In this document: in pieces, positions 38,992 to 49,790 of the stretch
Numbering within the stretch: the stretch's first letter is position 1
Layout of the letters: each line of letters opens with the position of its first letter
NCBI GenBank assembly: GCA_050952645.1
Contig: JBMNLI010000017.1
Coordinates: 64,001-128,000 of the forward strand
Length of the DNA: 64,000 nucleotides
Direction: 5' to 3'
Origin: Bdellovibrionota bacterium
Lineage (GTDB): Bacteria; Bdellovibrionota_C; UBA2361; CAKMMH01
The notes under the pieces: model-generated
Databases searched by the model: none
What the model saw: only the letters and a program-made list of their open reading frames with translations
What the model was told of the DNA's origin: nothing
Program-made: the position numbers and the translations under genes

Positions 38992-39888
38992 TTAATAATT
39001 CTCTTTTTCTTTCTCTACCTGCATCTTTGTGTTAGCACAAAGCAAATCTAAGTCTTTCTTATACGTGTTTTTATTAAAACCTAGCGCTCTAGCTAAAAGC
39101 GTTATTTCTTTTAAATCCACCTTATACCCCTCTGGGCTACCTATGGCTACCTTATGTGCTAATAAGCTTGATAATCTAATAAGCACAGTTTTTTCAGACT
39201 GTATATCGGTAAAAGACATCACCTCATAAGGGTCTAAATAATGCAAAATTACATAACACGTTTCAAGAGGAAAATTCCATTTTTTAGCGACTAACGCCCC
39301 TACTAGTGCATGAGTAAAACCAAAAACTTTTTGCTCCGCCTCTAAATATGATAGCGACTTTTGCTTTATTAGATCTATAACTTTTAAATAACTTTCCTTA
39401 GTGCTTTCTAAATTTAAAAGCGCTAGTTGCCCTAAGGAGTGAAGCATTCCATAAAGAAAAACCTCATCTTCATAAGACTTTTTTAGTGCTTCAGCTATAT
39501 TAGTCGCAAATGTAGCGGTAGCGATGCTATGCTCCCAAACTCGTTCTTGCACTATCGACATATCTTCATACATTTTTCTAACCGATGCCGCATAAATAAT
39601 TCCCTTTAAAGCTTTGTAGCCTATAAGCACGGTAGCATCTTTTATATTACCAATTTCTCTTTGCCTAGAAAATAATGCACTGTTTGCTATTTTTAAAATT
39701 CTTCCTACTAACGCCGTATCTTTAGATAAAATTTCACTTAACTGAACACTTGAAACATTTTCATTATTTAATAACGTGATAGCCTTAAGAGCAACATCTG
39801 GCATTAAAGGAAGATCCTCTGTTAAAGCGACAACCTCTTTCCAATGGCATTCACTTAGTTGTTTATCAAAAACTTTAGCACTTTTCAT
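38992..39888 (-). CDS. HDOD domain signalling protein
   Basis: LPLMPDVA, LSKD.AL..RILKIANSA, WEHS, GMLH..G and HA.VGA..AKKWNFP motifs. Confidence 0.88.
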   Translation of the reverse strand: MKSAKVFDKQLSECHWKEVVALTEDLPLMPDVALKAITLLNNENVSSVQLSEILSKDTALVGRILKIANSALFSRQREIGNIKDATVLIGYKALKGIIYAASVRKMYEDMSIVQERVWEHSIATATFATNIAEALKKSYEDEVFLYGMLHSLGQLALLNLESTKESYLKVIDLIKQKSLSYLEAEQKVFGFTHALVGALVAKKWNFPLETCYVILHYLDPYEVMSFTDIQSEKTVLIRLSSLLAHKVAIGSPEGYKVDLKEITLLARALGFNKNTYKKDLDLLCANTKMQVEKEKENY

Positions 39889-40013
39889 ATAGTATTTGAG
39901 AAAAATTATATACTAAAAACAAAAACCTATATGGAATTATCGTAATAAGAATAAAAAAACTTTAAATTAAAGATTTGATAATTTAAACGTAAAAAATAAG
40001 ACTCTTCACGTTT

Positions 40014-40393
40014 TCAAGATGGTTTAAGAGTAAATAGATTGCTTAAACTTTTTATACTACCTTCTGTCTCTCCTGCCTCTAACTTTTTAATCATCGATAA
40101 ACTTAAATTGGTCTTTTTGCTAACTCTGCTTGCGTAAACTTTCTAAACTCTCTAAATACTTTTATTTTATTTTCACCATCTAAAACAGCATTTACAACTT
40201 CAGATGGAAAAAGCTCTATTTTGCCTTTTAATATTTGAGACTCTATTTCTTTACATTCGGCAATATCTTGCATATCTTCTAGCTTTTCTATTAGCCTTTC
40301 ATAAATCTCTAAAGGAAGAAGTGCGAACTTCTCACCTTTGATTTTAAGAATTTGCACTTCATTTTTTATATTCAATCTTTTTTCTCTCCCCAT
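40014..40393 (-). pseudogene. XRE/HigA-like HTH antitoxin, frameshifted and truncated
   Basis: ENKIKVFREFRKFTQAELAK continues as TNLSLSMIKKLEAGETEGSIKSL only if one A is added to an A5 run (~40114-40118). The end then runs into a repeat-A terminus. Confidence 0.7.
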
Positions 40394-41647
40394 TTACGCA
40401 ATCTTAGGTAAAGCTATCGTATCGCCAGTGCTAAATTGGTAATCTTTAAAGATATGCTCAGCAGATAATAACTCAAGGGTATTGTCTATATTTCTTATAC
40501 TCGTTTCCTTTAACCTATACGCATACTGTCCGCAAGTCCAGCAAGTGTTCCTATAAAAATGATTACATATACACATTTTTTCTTTTATATGCTCTTTTAT
40601 CGGTTTTATAATTTTCTCTGAAACATGTTTTTTATAAGCTTCTAAATACTGACAAGTTCCCTCTTTTGAAAGCATAAAGCCAAAAAGCTCACACTGCGGA
40701 ATTAACTTTCCAGATATACAAGGACTGTTTCTTAACATTCTCATTAAATAGCCCGTAGGAGATAAGGTATTTACTACTACATCTTCCTCTTTTGCTTCAA
40801 AATACTTTTGCTTTACCTCATATGGAAGTGCACACTCTTTAGAAACTACAAACCTAGTAGCAACTTGCACTGCGCTAGCTCCAAGCCCTACGAAACGAAC
40901 TGCATCGCCCCCAGTGAAAATGCCTCCAGCTGCAATAAGAGGGATATCTAAAGATTCACTTTCAAGCATCTCTTTTACTTCTTTTAAAATATCTGCTAAA
41001 TCAAAATCTTTCCAATCCTCCTCAAAGCCTAAATGCCCCCCAGCAAGTGGGCCTTCTATAACTATATAATCGGGAAGCCTATTTGCTCTCCTTGCACTTC
41101 TTAAAAAAACTTTTAACGCTCTAGCACTAGAAACTATTATCCCAAGTTTTACATCTCTAAATCTTTCATGATCTTCGATTAAGCCTAAACTAGACATATG
41201 AACACCAGCAGAAAGCGTAATGCCATCTACACCAGCATCTAAGGCACCTCTTAGCCTTGCTTTTAAGCTTCCGATAGGGTCGCCCATAGTAAGCTTTTCC
41301 ATTATATTTACAAATATTCCTCCTTGCCCCTTTTTTCTTTCCATTACGCTAGAAATATACTGTTTTTGCGCTTTGTAAACCGTTTCTAAATCGAACTTTA
41401 CTTTTGATTTATCTAGAGATTCTCTATTTGATTTAAAAAGATTAAACTTATCTCTTAAATAAGTCGTTTTCAATTCTTTATCACAGACCGCTAGAGCCAT
41501 TGCATCGGAAATATGCCCAATACCTCCAAGTCTAGCTATTTCTAAGGCTAAATCTGCATTCGATATATTAACTCCCATGCCACCTAAGACTATAGGCACG
41601 TAAGAATCTTTTTGTAAAACTAATCTGTAATTATCTAACTTATCCAT
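40394..41647 (-). CDS. Nitronate monooxygenase/FabK-like flavoprotein with Cys-rich C-terminus
   Basis: PIVLGGMGV, SAG, IIVSS.RAL, EGPLAGGHLG, IAAGGI and VQVATRF motifs. Confidence 0.85.
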   Translation of the reverse strand: MDKLDNYRLVLQKDSYVPIVLGGMGVNISNADLALEIARLGGIGHISDAMALAVCDKELKTTYLRDKFNLFKSNRESLDKSKVKFDLETVYKAQKQYISSVMERKKGQGGIFVNIMEKLTMGDPIGSLKARLRGALDAGVDGITLSAGVHMSSLGLIEDHERFRDVKLGIIVSSARALKVFLRSARRANRLPDYIVIEGPLAGGHLGFEEDWKDFDLADILKEVKEMLESESLDIPLIAAGGIFTGGDAVRFVGLGASAVQVATRFVVSKECALPYEVKQKYFEAKEEDVVVNTLSPTGYLMRMLRNSPCISGKLIPQCELFGFMLSKEGTCQYLEAYKKHVSEKIIKPIKEHIKEKMCICNHFYRNTCWTCGQYAYRLKETSIRNIDNTLELLSAEHIFKDYQFSTGDTIALPKIA

Positions 41648-41773
41648 AGCGTCAAATTATAGCAAAAAATTTTTCTTTAATATAGATGTTTTCTACAATT
41701 TATATATATAAATTTATAAAAATTAGTCGCTAACCATTTAACAAAAAAGTAAATAAAGCATTTTAACTAAACA

Positions 41774-42568
41774 TTAAAGTGGGGACACAAACAGACCTAA
41801 TGCGACTGGAATTTTATCATTCCCCGGAACATACCTAGCATTTATATTGCTAACTATATTTGGAATTTTATTACTAATATATATTTGTGCAGAACCTCCA
41901 CCATCAAAATTAAGAGCGTCCTTGCAATTTATCTCATCGGATACTAAAATTTTTTTAAGATCATCTAAACTAACTCCAGAAAAAGTATCCATCGTAGAAA
42001 AAATAATTAAGCGATTTTGAGTATCTACACACACTCCTGAACGCTTGCTATTTTGAAACGAATTTTTCGTTTCTAATATCGCCCTATTAGCTACTAACCT
42101 AGGACCAGCTTGAACGGCCTCTAAAATAGAAGAGTAATCTACATTATTTCTCCCAGTTATTTTTATATTAGTCCTATTAGCTTGAAAAACACCAGTTAAC
42201 GTATTTCCGCCACGATGCATCTTATTAAAAACCTTTCCCCTATTAACTACAAGCCCTAAAGCCTTTCCGTATTCATCGAAAAAATTTGCATTTATCGCAA
42301 TTATAGCATTGCTTTTTAAAGCTAGCGACTTAACGTCCATGCTCTTTTTACCATACTCCTTAGCACGAATAACTTTCACTTGATAATTTTTTAAAGAAGT
42401 TCTAATAAACAATAGATTACTACCAAAAATAGGATTGCTCTTTACCGGTATCTCTTTCATTTCTAAATCGGGAGCTAAAAGAAACCAATCTTTAGCGTAT
42501 AAATCATCAACGCTAAACAATAGTAAAAAACATAAACATATTTTTAACAAAATAAAATTTTTATTCAT
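41774..42568 (-). CDS. Phosphodiester glycosidase (NAGPA/DUF2233) family protein
   Basis: Signal peptide, AINANFF, AGPRLV, RSGV and ALNFDGGGS motifs. Confidence 0.85.
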   Translation of the reverse strand: MNKNFILLKICLCFLLLFSVDDLYAKDWFLLAPDLEMKEIPVKSNPIFGSNLLFIRTSLKNYQVKVIRAKEYGKKSMDVKSLALKSNAIIAINANFFDEYGKALGLVVNRGKVFNKMHRGGNTLTGVFQANRTNIKITGRNNVDYSSILEAVQAGPRLVANRAILETKNSFQNSKRSGVCVDTQNRLIIFSTMDTFSGVSLDDLKKILVSDEINCKDALNFDGGGSAQIYISNKIPNIVSNINARYVPGNDKIPVALGLFVSPL

Positions 42569-42721
42569 AATATTTTTTCACCACTTATTTTTTTTACTTT
42601 ATTTTTACACGTTATTTTACGACTCTATTTTAACACTCTATTTTATCACCTTATTTCGCACTTTATTTTAACACTTTATTTTACCACTTTAAAAATCTTA
42701 CCGCCTTAAAACGTGAAAAAA

Positions 42722-45301
42722 CTATATAATCTCAAAACAAGCTTTCCCTAAAATCAATTTTTTCTGCTTAGGCTCATTATCAAAATCTATACACAATTTT
42801 ATTTTGTGTGGATTTTGAGTTTTTAAATTTCCTTGAATATCCCTAATAATCCCCTCTCCAAAATTTTGATGCCTAACTCTTAAACCCACTTTAACCTCTG
42901 AGGCATCTAACTTTCTAAAATTTCCTATCGGCTCTCCTAAACTTGTAGCAGTTTGAACTAAACCTAAAACATCCGTTAAAACATCTACCTTTTCTTTTTT
43001 ATCTTTAAAAAATTTCTTTTTATATATAGGGGGAAGAAAATCAAGATTAGCTGCATCATTATAATTTATATCCATATAGCGCTCTAAATTACTATTATCA
43101 TAATTATTATTACCAAAATTATTACTATCTTCCCCATAATTATCAGACTTAGCTACGGGCTTTATTTTATGCCCTACCTTCCCCTTAGACTTAAAGCTAC
43201 TAAAACTACTATCGAACACAAATTCACCAAGAACTTCCTCATCTCCACTTTCTTCTATAAGTTGCTTAGGAATATCGCTTACAAATCTTGAAACTTTCCT
43301 TAAATAAGACGTTGAGCTACTTCCATACATAGTCCTTTTTTTAGCATACGTTAAATATAACTTTTCCATCGCCCTAGTCATACCTACATAACATAGCCTT
43401 CTTTCTTCTTCTAAATCTTCCACTTCATCTAGCGACCTTGCATGAGGCACTAAGCCCTCTTCTAGCCCCGTAAAAAACACTACTCGGAACTCTAAACCCT
43501 TTGCTATATGAACGGTCATTAAAGAAACTGCATTCTCTTCTTCGTCCTCAGTGTTCTTCGACTCGAACGTCTCGTCGCTTCCCGTAAGAGCCACCTTATC
43601 CATAAACAAACTTATAGCTTTCTCGTTATCACTCTCGCCCTTAGAAATAGTTTCAGCATAAGCTATAAGCTCTAAGATGTTTTCCTGCCTACTTTCAGCC
43701 GTTTGATCTTTAGAGTTTTTTAACATCGCCTTATAAGTCGATGCTTCGTATATTATTTCTAAAAGTCTATGAAGAGACACATCACGTGCCCTACTTTTTA
43801 GATAATCTATAAGATTAACGAAAACATTTAATCTAGGATTGTTTAACGCCCTAGCTTCCTTAAATAGACTCGTTCCATGCTCCTTAGCGCTACCCATTAA
43901 ATTAGCAACCGTTTGAGCTCCTATGCCACGAGTAGGCGTATTTACTACTCTTAAAAAGGCTTGGTCATCGCTATCATTTACTACTAGTCTTAAGTATGAA
44001 ACCATATCTTTTATCTCTTTTCTATCCCAGAATTTTAGAGTTCCATAGATTTTATACTTAATTTTATTCATCACCAAAGCTTCCTCTAGTGCACGAGATT
44101 GAGCATTAGTTCTATAAAAACACGCTATGTCCTTATACTCACGTCCTCCCTCATCTACTAGCTTTCTTATCTCACTTGCAACGAAGCTCGCCTCCGAGTT
44201 TTCATCTAACGCAGAGTATAGCGTTATTAAATCCCCCTCTTTTCCGGCCGTCCAAAGTTTTTTGACTTTACGAATTTTATTTTTCGCTATAATACTATTT
44301 GAAGCAGATAATATATTCGATGTAGAACGATAATTTTGCTCTAATTTAATAACCTTAGTATTATCGAAATCTCTTTCAAACATTAAAATATTAGTAGGTT
44401 TTGCGCCCCTAAAAGAATAGATAGACTGGTCATCATCGCCTACTACAAATATATTTTTTCTCTCTTTAGCTAATAGGTGCATTAGCTTATATTGCACCTC
44501 ATTCGTATCTTGAAACTCATCGACTAAAATATAATGAAACTTATTTTGGTAATACTGCAAAACTTCTTTATCATTTTGAAATAGCTTAAGAGTATTTAAT
44601 AGTAAATCATCAAAATCCATCGCACTAAGAGCCATTAGCTCCTTTTGATACTCAGTGTAAACTCTTGAAACCGCCTTCTCTTGCAACAATATGCTAATAG
44701 AACAATATTTATTTGCGTCCACATTCGCTTCAAACTCTGTAGGCAAGATAAAATCATTTTTTGCTCTACTAATACACCCTCTTATATAATCTGGAGTATA
44801 CTTTTTATCATCAATCTTTTGCTCTTTGCAAATCTTTTTAATTAAATTTTGAGTATCTTTCGTATCGTAAATTGAAAAAGAATTAGAGTAGCCTAAACGC
44901 TCAGCATATCTTCTTAAAATCTTTGCTCCCATCGCATGAAACGTGCAAACCCAAAGCGAGTTAACCTCGTTTCCTAATAAGTCGGATAGTCTAGAAACCA
45001 TTTCAGCAGTCGCTTTATTCGTAAAAGTCACTGCTAGGATTTGCGATGGATAGACGCCTTTATTTAATACTAGATTAGCAACTCTTCTAGTTAACACTCT
45101 AGTTTTTCCGCTTCCAGCACCAGCTAAAACTAATATTGGTCCGTCGGTATGTAAAACGGCCTCTCTTTGCTCATTATTTAAATCAGCTAAAATATCATTT
45201 TCTAAATTATTACTTTCATTATTGCGTTCTTCATCGAATAAAAAAAACTCTTCTTCGTTATTAAAAACTCTATTAGCCAAAACTCTCTTCCCCCCACACA
45301 T
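42722..45301 (-). CDS. uvrD: ATP-dependent DNA helicase UvrD/PcrA
   Basis: AGAGSGKT, TFTNKA, VDEFQDTN, VGDDDQSIYSFRGA, LEQNYRST, KGLEF and EEERRLCYVGMTRA motifs, plus a C-terminal Tudor-like H..FG.G. Confidence 0.95.
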   Translation of the reverse strand: MCGGKRVLANRVFNNEEEFFLFDEERNNESNNLENDILADLNNEQREAVLHTDGPILVLAGAGSGKTRVLTRRVANLVLNKGVYPSQILAVTFTNKATAEMVSRLSDLLGNEVNSLWVCTFHAMGAKILRRYAERLGYSNSFSIYDTKDTQNLIKKICKEQKIDDKKYTPDYIRGCISRAKNDFILPTEFEANVDANKYCSISILLQEKAVSRVYTEYQKELMALSAMDFDDLLLNTLKLFQNDKEVLQYYQNKFHYILVDEFQDTNEVQYKLMHLLAKERKNIFVVGDDDQSIYSFRGAKPTNILMFERDFDNTKVIKLEQNYRSTSNILSASNSIIAKNKIRKVKKLWTAGKEGDLITLYSALDENSEASFVASEIRKLVDEGGREYKDIACFYRTNAQSRALEEALVMNKIKYKIYGTLKFWDRKEIKDMVSYLRLVVNDSDDQAFLRVVNTPTRGIGAQTVANLMGSAKEHGTSLFKEARALNNPRLNVFVNLIDYLKSRARDVSLHRLLEIIYEASTYKAMLKNSKDQTAESRQENILELIAYAETISKGESDNEKAISLFMDKVALTGSDETFESKNTEDEEENAVSLMTVHIAKGLEFRVVFFTGLEEGLVPHARSLDEVEDLEEERRLCYVGMTRAMEKLYLTYAKKRTMYGSSSTSYLRKVSRFVSDIPKQLIEESGDEEVLGEFVFDSSFSSFKSKGKVGHKIKPVAKSDNYGEDSNNFGNNNYDNSNLERYMDINYNDAANLDFLPPIYKKKFFKDKKEKVDVLTDVLGLVQTATSLGEPIGNFRKLDASEVKVGLRVRHQNFGEGIIRDIQGNLKTQNPHKIKLCIDFDNEPKQKKLILGKACFEII

Positions 45302-45867
45302 ACAAAATAATAAATACTAAATAATAAATACTAAATATAAAATATAAAGAAAATCGACTTTAAGGAATTTACATAAAATAAAATACTTTATATATAGCTA
45401 TAATTTTAAAATAAATCTTTATTTTTTTTAAACCTCTTTTAATAAACATCATAATAAACATCATAATAAACATCAAAGAGCTATTAAACATCATAGAGCT
45501 AATTTAAAAAACCTTAAAGGTTAAAGATACCATAATTTTAAAAGCCTACCTACAAGTTCATTTTATATCCACCCTTTACATACATTATATTTAGCTTTTT
45601 ATTTAGTGTCTTATTTTATATCTTATTTTTTTTATATCTTATTTTGTATCTATAACGCCTATTATACCTAGCTCTTCTCCTATTAAAAGCAAAACGTAAA
45701 CTAAAAGCATTATTATTAAAAGTATTTCAAGAACATCTAACATATTAACCTCCTATACTTAAGAAACTTACTATAGAAATAATATAGTATATATAGAATG
45801 ATACTGCAATACTTTTTCTAGTTTTTTTCTATATTTTAAAAAAAATTAGCTTTTTAAAAAAGCCGTT

Positions 45868-48372
45868 CTACTCTAACCTTTTTGCTATCAGCACTTTTAA
45901 CAAGTCGCTTTTTTCCGTCTTTCTTTTTTCTTCTAAATAAGCCTTATGCTTTGGATTTTTTACATCTAAATGCGAGTATCCTATAGCTCTAGCCATAGGC
46001 TCAGAATGTTTTAAAAGTTTCCAAAGTATATCTTTTGTAAGCTTTAAATTCTTATGGCTTAAATATCTACTAACCTCGAAATTAAAAATATCATCCTCAC
46101 TTTCACTGCTTCTACAAAGCAAAAGTTTTAATAGCGTATCTATATCTATATCGTAAGATAAAAATTTATCTACCACTGCATGTTGCTTATCACCATCTAA
46201 TAAAAATAGCGATACTAGAATATAAATTTGCTCCCTAGAAAGTTTACTATCTCCCGAAGCTAAAAAATCTAAAACGCACTCATTTAATTTCTTGCTAGCT
46301 TTTAAAACTAACGCCGCACGCTCCCTTATTTCTAAAAGCGGATAAGATAACAAATCGATATACTCAGATATTTCTAATTGTTTTTTAGGAAGTCTCCCTA
46401 CAACGATATTTAAAGTATCTGCCTTTGAGATACCTTTCCAATCTTTAGTATTAAAAAAATCCATATATGGACTTATAACTTTTCTGTAATACGTATTTAT
46501 TATCTCATAAAGCATATCTACATTTACTAAATTATGCTCGGCTAAATCTAAGAGGATATAGATCTTTCCTCTTATAATAGATGGACTCGATATAGAGTCT
46601 ATAAAAAAACTTGCTATATTTTCTTTCGTTCCACCTATAACTAAAATACTACTTAACGCCTTGCTAGCAAGCTCATCTAAATGTTTTCCGCCAAGTAGCG
46701 AAAGCTTTTTATAAGCATCTCCATAAAAACCACCTAGCAAAGACATGTTCTCTAGAGATACCATCTTTAATTGGCTATTTGTAGCATCGAGCCTAACGCT
46801 ACCTGCCACTGCTAAAGCAATAGACGGGTGAAGCTTATCTAGCGTTTTAAGGGGAACGCTTTTTTCTGAAGCAGAAATTAGCTTTGAAGCTCCTAATCTT
46901 AACGCCGTATATCTATCTTCTTTAGTTAAATTATTTTCCCATAGCGGATTAAATATCGTTCTTATAATTAAATTATCTACGTAATTATTAACGCTATTTA
47001 AAGCTCTTTTATTATCACTAGAATTATCACTAGCAGCATTTACTATTACAGATAGCGCTACTAAATCATCTTTTAAAGCCTTACTAAGCACCTCTCTCAT
47101 AATTACAGGCTGATTAGTGTTCCAAGCGTATTCGTATTCTAATAGTAGCTTTTCACTATCTTTAAAAAAATTTACATTAGAAAATTTATCAGAATTAAAA
47201 AACACTATTACAAACAGTAAGGCAAATAATAAAACGTAAAACGTAAATCTACTAGATTGCTGATTTTGTGTAGTAGTCGCTTTGTTTTTATAGCCGTTAT
47301 TTCTAGAAGATGCCTTATTATTATCATAATTATTATTATTATAATTATTATTATTATAATTATTATTATTATAAAGTGGCTCTTCGTTATTTACTTCGTT
47401 ATTTACTTCATTATTTACTTCATCTCCATCATTAACTTTATTATTAACTTTATCTAGCTTTCTTATAATCTTTCCACTTCTTATTTTATAGCTATCTACT
47501 CTCTCATCACTTTCACTCTTATTTAAGTTCTTATCTTTATTTGCATCTTTATCTGCATCTTTATTTACATCTTTATTTACATCTTCATTTTCAGTCGATT
47601 TTTTTATAATCACGCCACTTACAAGCGGAGTATATAAAGCCTTCTTTATCTCATTTATTTTTGCTATTACTACTAGCAAATTATTTTTATTCACATCCTC
47701 TATTATAGGCATTAACAATGGGCAATTTTTTGTAGTAGCAACTTTTTGCATCAACTCTTTTAATTTTAAAATATCATCTTCATATTTAGGAAATCTTTGG
47801 CGAGTTTCTATACTAGAAAATATAGGGTCTATTAAAATATATTTATTTCCATCTAACACGATATTATTTTCACTAATATTCCCGTGGCAAATATTATTAT
47901 CCCAATAAATTTTTACATAATTTATAACGTCTATTAAAGCATCTAAAAAAACTAGGATATTTTTTTCAAAAAGAAAAAGCTCTGTAAACAATTTGCTCTT
48001 ATGGTATAATTTTCTTTCGTACCAAAATTGCTCTTCAGCGACACCCGTAGATAGCACTCCAGAAAGTTTGTTTTCCTTAAGAAGCAAAAAAATTTGTTTT
48101 AATTCTTCTAAGTTGTTGCTTACGTAATTATCTTTACTAAACTTATCATAAGCAACTAGGCCTTTAGTAAATTCAGGAAATGAAAATCTATACAAAACAT
48201 TTTTCTTAAGATCTACTATCCTAGTATCCCAAGGACTATTCCTATAATTAGAAGAATATATATTTTCAGTTGAACTTATTTTTAAAAATTCTAAATAATA
48301 ATTAAATAAAACTCTTTGCTCAACTCTGAGTTCATCTTCACTAAATAAATTTACGTAATAATCTGTATTCAT
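45868..48372 (-). CDS. Membrane protein with N-terminal degenerate protein-kinase-like domain
   Basis: ICHGNISENNIV..LIDP (catalytic loop and DFG degenerate), then an Asn-rich linker, one TM helix and a large helical C-terminal domain. Confidence 0.55.
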   Translation of the reverse strand: MNTDYYVNLFSEDELRVEQRVLFNYYLEFLKISSTENIYSSNYRNSPWDTRIVDLKKNVLYRFSFPEFTKGLVAYDKFSKDNYVSNNLEELKQIFLLLKENKLSGVLSTGVAEEQFWYERKLYHKSKLFTELFLFEKNILVFLDALIDVINYVKIYWDNNICHGNISENNIVLDGNKYILIDPIFSSIETRQRFPKYEDDILKLKELMQKVATTKNCPLLMPIIEDVNKNNLLVVIAKINEIKKALYTPLVSGVIIKKSTENEDVNKDVNKDADKDANKDKNLNKSESDERVDSYKIRSGKIIRKLDKVNNKVNDGDEVNNEVNNEVNNEEPLYNNNNYNNNNYNNNNYDNNKASSRNNGYKNKATTTQNQQSSRFTFYVLLFALLFVIVFFNSDKFSNVNFFKDSEKLLLEYEYAWNTNQPVIMREVLSKALKDDLVALSVIVNAASDNSSDNKRALNSVNNYVDNLIIRTIFNPLWENNLTKEDRYTALRLGASKLISASEKSVPLKTLDKLHPSIALAVAGSVRLDATNSQLKMVSLENMSLLGGFYGDAYKKLSLLGGKHLDELASKALSSILVIGGTKENIASFFIDSISSPSIIRGKIYILLDLAEHNLVNVDMLYEIINTYYRKVISPYMDFFNTKDWKGISKADTLNIVVGRLPKKQLEISEYIDLLSYPLLEIRERAALVLKASKKLNECVLDFLASGDSKLSREQIYILVSLFLLDGDKQHAVVDKFLSYDIDIDTLLKLLLCRSSESEDDIFNFEVSRYLSHKNLKLTKDILWKLLKHSEPMARAIGYSHLDVKNPKHKAYLEEKRKTEKSDLLKVLIAKRLE

Positions 48373-49505
48373 AAAATTGCTTCTTTTATTTTCTTAACTG
48401 CCACATCTACTATTTCATCATAGCTATAACTTCCGATTAGCTCTCCTTTAACTTTTAAATTTACGAAATTAGGTGCACACCACATACCTATATCTGCATC
48501 ATCGCTCTCTCCAGGGCCATTTACTCTACAACCCATAACTGCAACGGTTAGATTTTTATCTTTTGCAAAAACCGTTGCCTCTTTTATTTTCTCTGCAAGC
48601 TCTATAAATTTATCTGTCTGAACTCTCGAGCACGATGGGCAAGAAATTATATTTAATCCCTTAGCATTATAGGCATCTTTAGGTAAAAATTTTTTATTAG
48701 CCACATCTTTAATTATCTGCTTTCCGATTTCAACCTCTCTATATTTTTCTAAAAAAGGCACTGTAAGAGAAACTCTTATCGTATCTCCTATGCCTTTAGA
48801 CAATAAGTGCTCCATCGCCACACGACTTTTTATCTCTCCTAGTGGGAGCATCCCTGCTTCCGTTACTCCTAAATGTAAAGGCACGAAAGGGTACAAGGAA
48901 GAAAACTCCTCGTTTATTTTTATAACTCCATATGGGTCGGAGCTTTTTAGAGAAACTACGTAATTTTTAAACCTAAGCTTTTCCATATATTCCACATGCT
49001 CGCTAGCCGATTTTATAGCAATCGCCCCCGAATCTTTAACGCCTTTTGAAAGACCAGGGTCAAGCGAACCAAAATTCACCCCTATCCTTAAAGCGCAATC
49101 GTTTTCTCCTGCTATTTGCACTAACTCTTTTACTTTATCTTCTACGATTTTTTCTTTTTCTATATGGTATAGATGCCCAGGATTATAACGAATCTTTTGC
49201 ACAAATGGTGCTAAATCTTTAGCAAGCAAATAGTTTTCTTGTAAATCGACCGATAAATTCACATCGGTTTCTTTTCTTATCTCTTTTAGACTCCTTACGT
49301 CTTCCTTATTATCTACCGCTAACCTTATAATTTGAGCCCCAGCGTCTTTTAGCGTTTTTATTTGTTCGAGAGTCCTTTTAATATCTTTAGTTTTAGATGA
49401 GCACATAGTTTGGACTACTACCGGGTTTTTCCCTCCTAGCAATATATCCCCTACCTTAATTTCTCTAGTTTTTCTCATTATCATTTCCTTTTTTTTTACA
49501 ATCAT
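48369..49505 (-). CDS. ispG: (E)-4-hydroxy-3-methylbut-2-enyl-diphosphate synthase
   Basis: VVQTM, RYNPG, RIGVNFGSL, PLHLGVTEAG, GIGDTIRVSL, SCPSCSR and AVMGC.VNGPGE motifs. Confidence 0.95.
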   Translation of the reverse strand: MIVKKKEMIMRKTREIKVGDILLGGKNPVVVQTMCSSKTKDIKRTLEQIKTLKDAGAQIIRLAVDNKEDVRSLKEIRKETDVNLSVDLQENYLLAKDLAPFVQKIRYNPGHLYHIEKEKIVEDKVKELVQIAGENDCALRIGVNFGSLDPGLSKGVKDSGAIAIKSASEHVEYMEKLRFKNYVVSLKSSDPYGVIKINEEFSSLYPFVPLHLGVTEAGMLPLGEIKSRVAMEHLLSKGIGDTIRVSLTVPFLEKYREVEIGKQIIKDVANKKFLPKDAYNAKGLNIISCPSCSRVQTDKFIELAEKIKEATVFAKDKNLTVAVMGCRVNGPGESDDADIGMWCAPNFVNLKVKGELIGSYSYDEIVDVAVKKIKEAIL

Positions 49506-49790
49506 AACTATTAAATATAATTTTTATGCGATATATTATTATGCGTTATAAATATTATCTGTTATAATAGTATTTTAAGTAATATTTTGATATTATGCTT
49601 GCTAAAAAATGCAATATTTACTTTAATAATATTTGCTCTATTATAGTATTATAATTATAGTATTATAGTTATAGTATTATAGTTTTATAGTTTGATTATA
49701 ATTTACTTTAACTATAATTTACATAGAGAAAATTATTTTATTGTAAACAAACTCTAGAAAAACCATTTTTTTATAAAGGAAAATCAAAAA

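Noticed and set aside
17322..44333. Numerous 60-140 aa ORFs antisense to dxs, helD, the GT gene, mla genes and uvrD
   Set aside because: They are fully nested opposite well-supported genes and show no motifs.
47257..47457. Poly-Ile ORF; likewise the hydrophobic ORFs 5908-6270 and 5984-6232
   Set aside because: These are antisense readings of Asn-rich (AAT) linkers in real genes.
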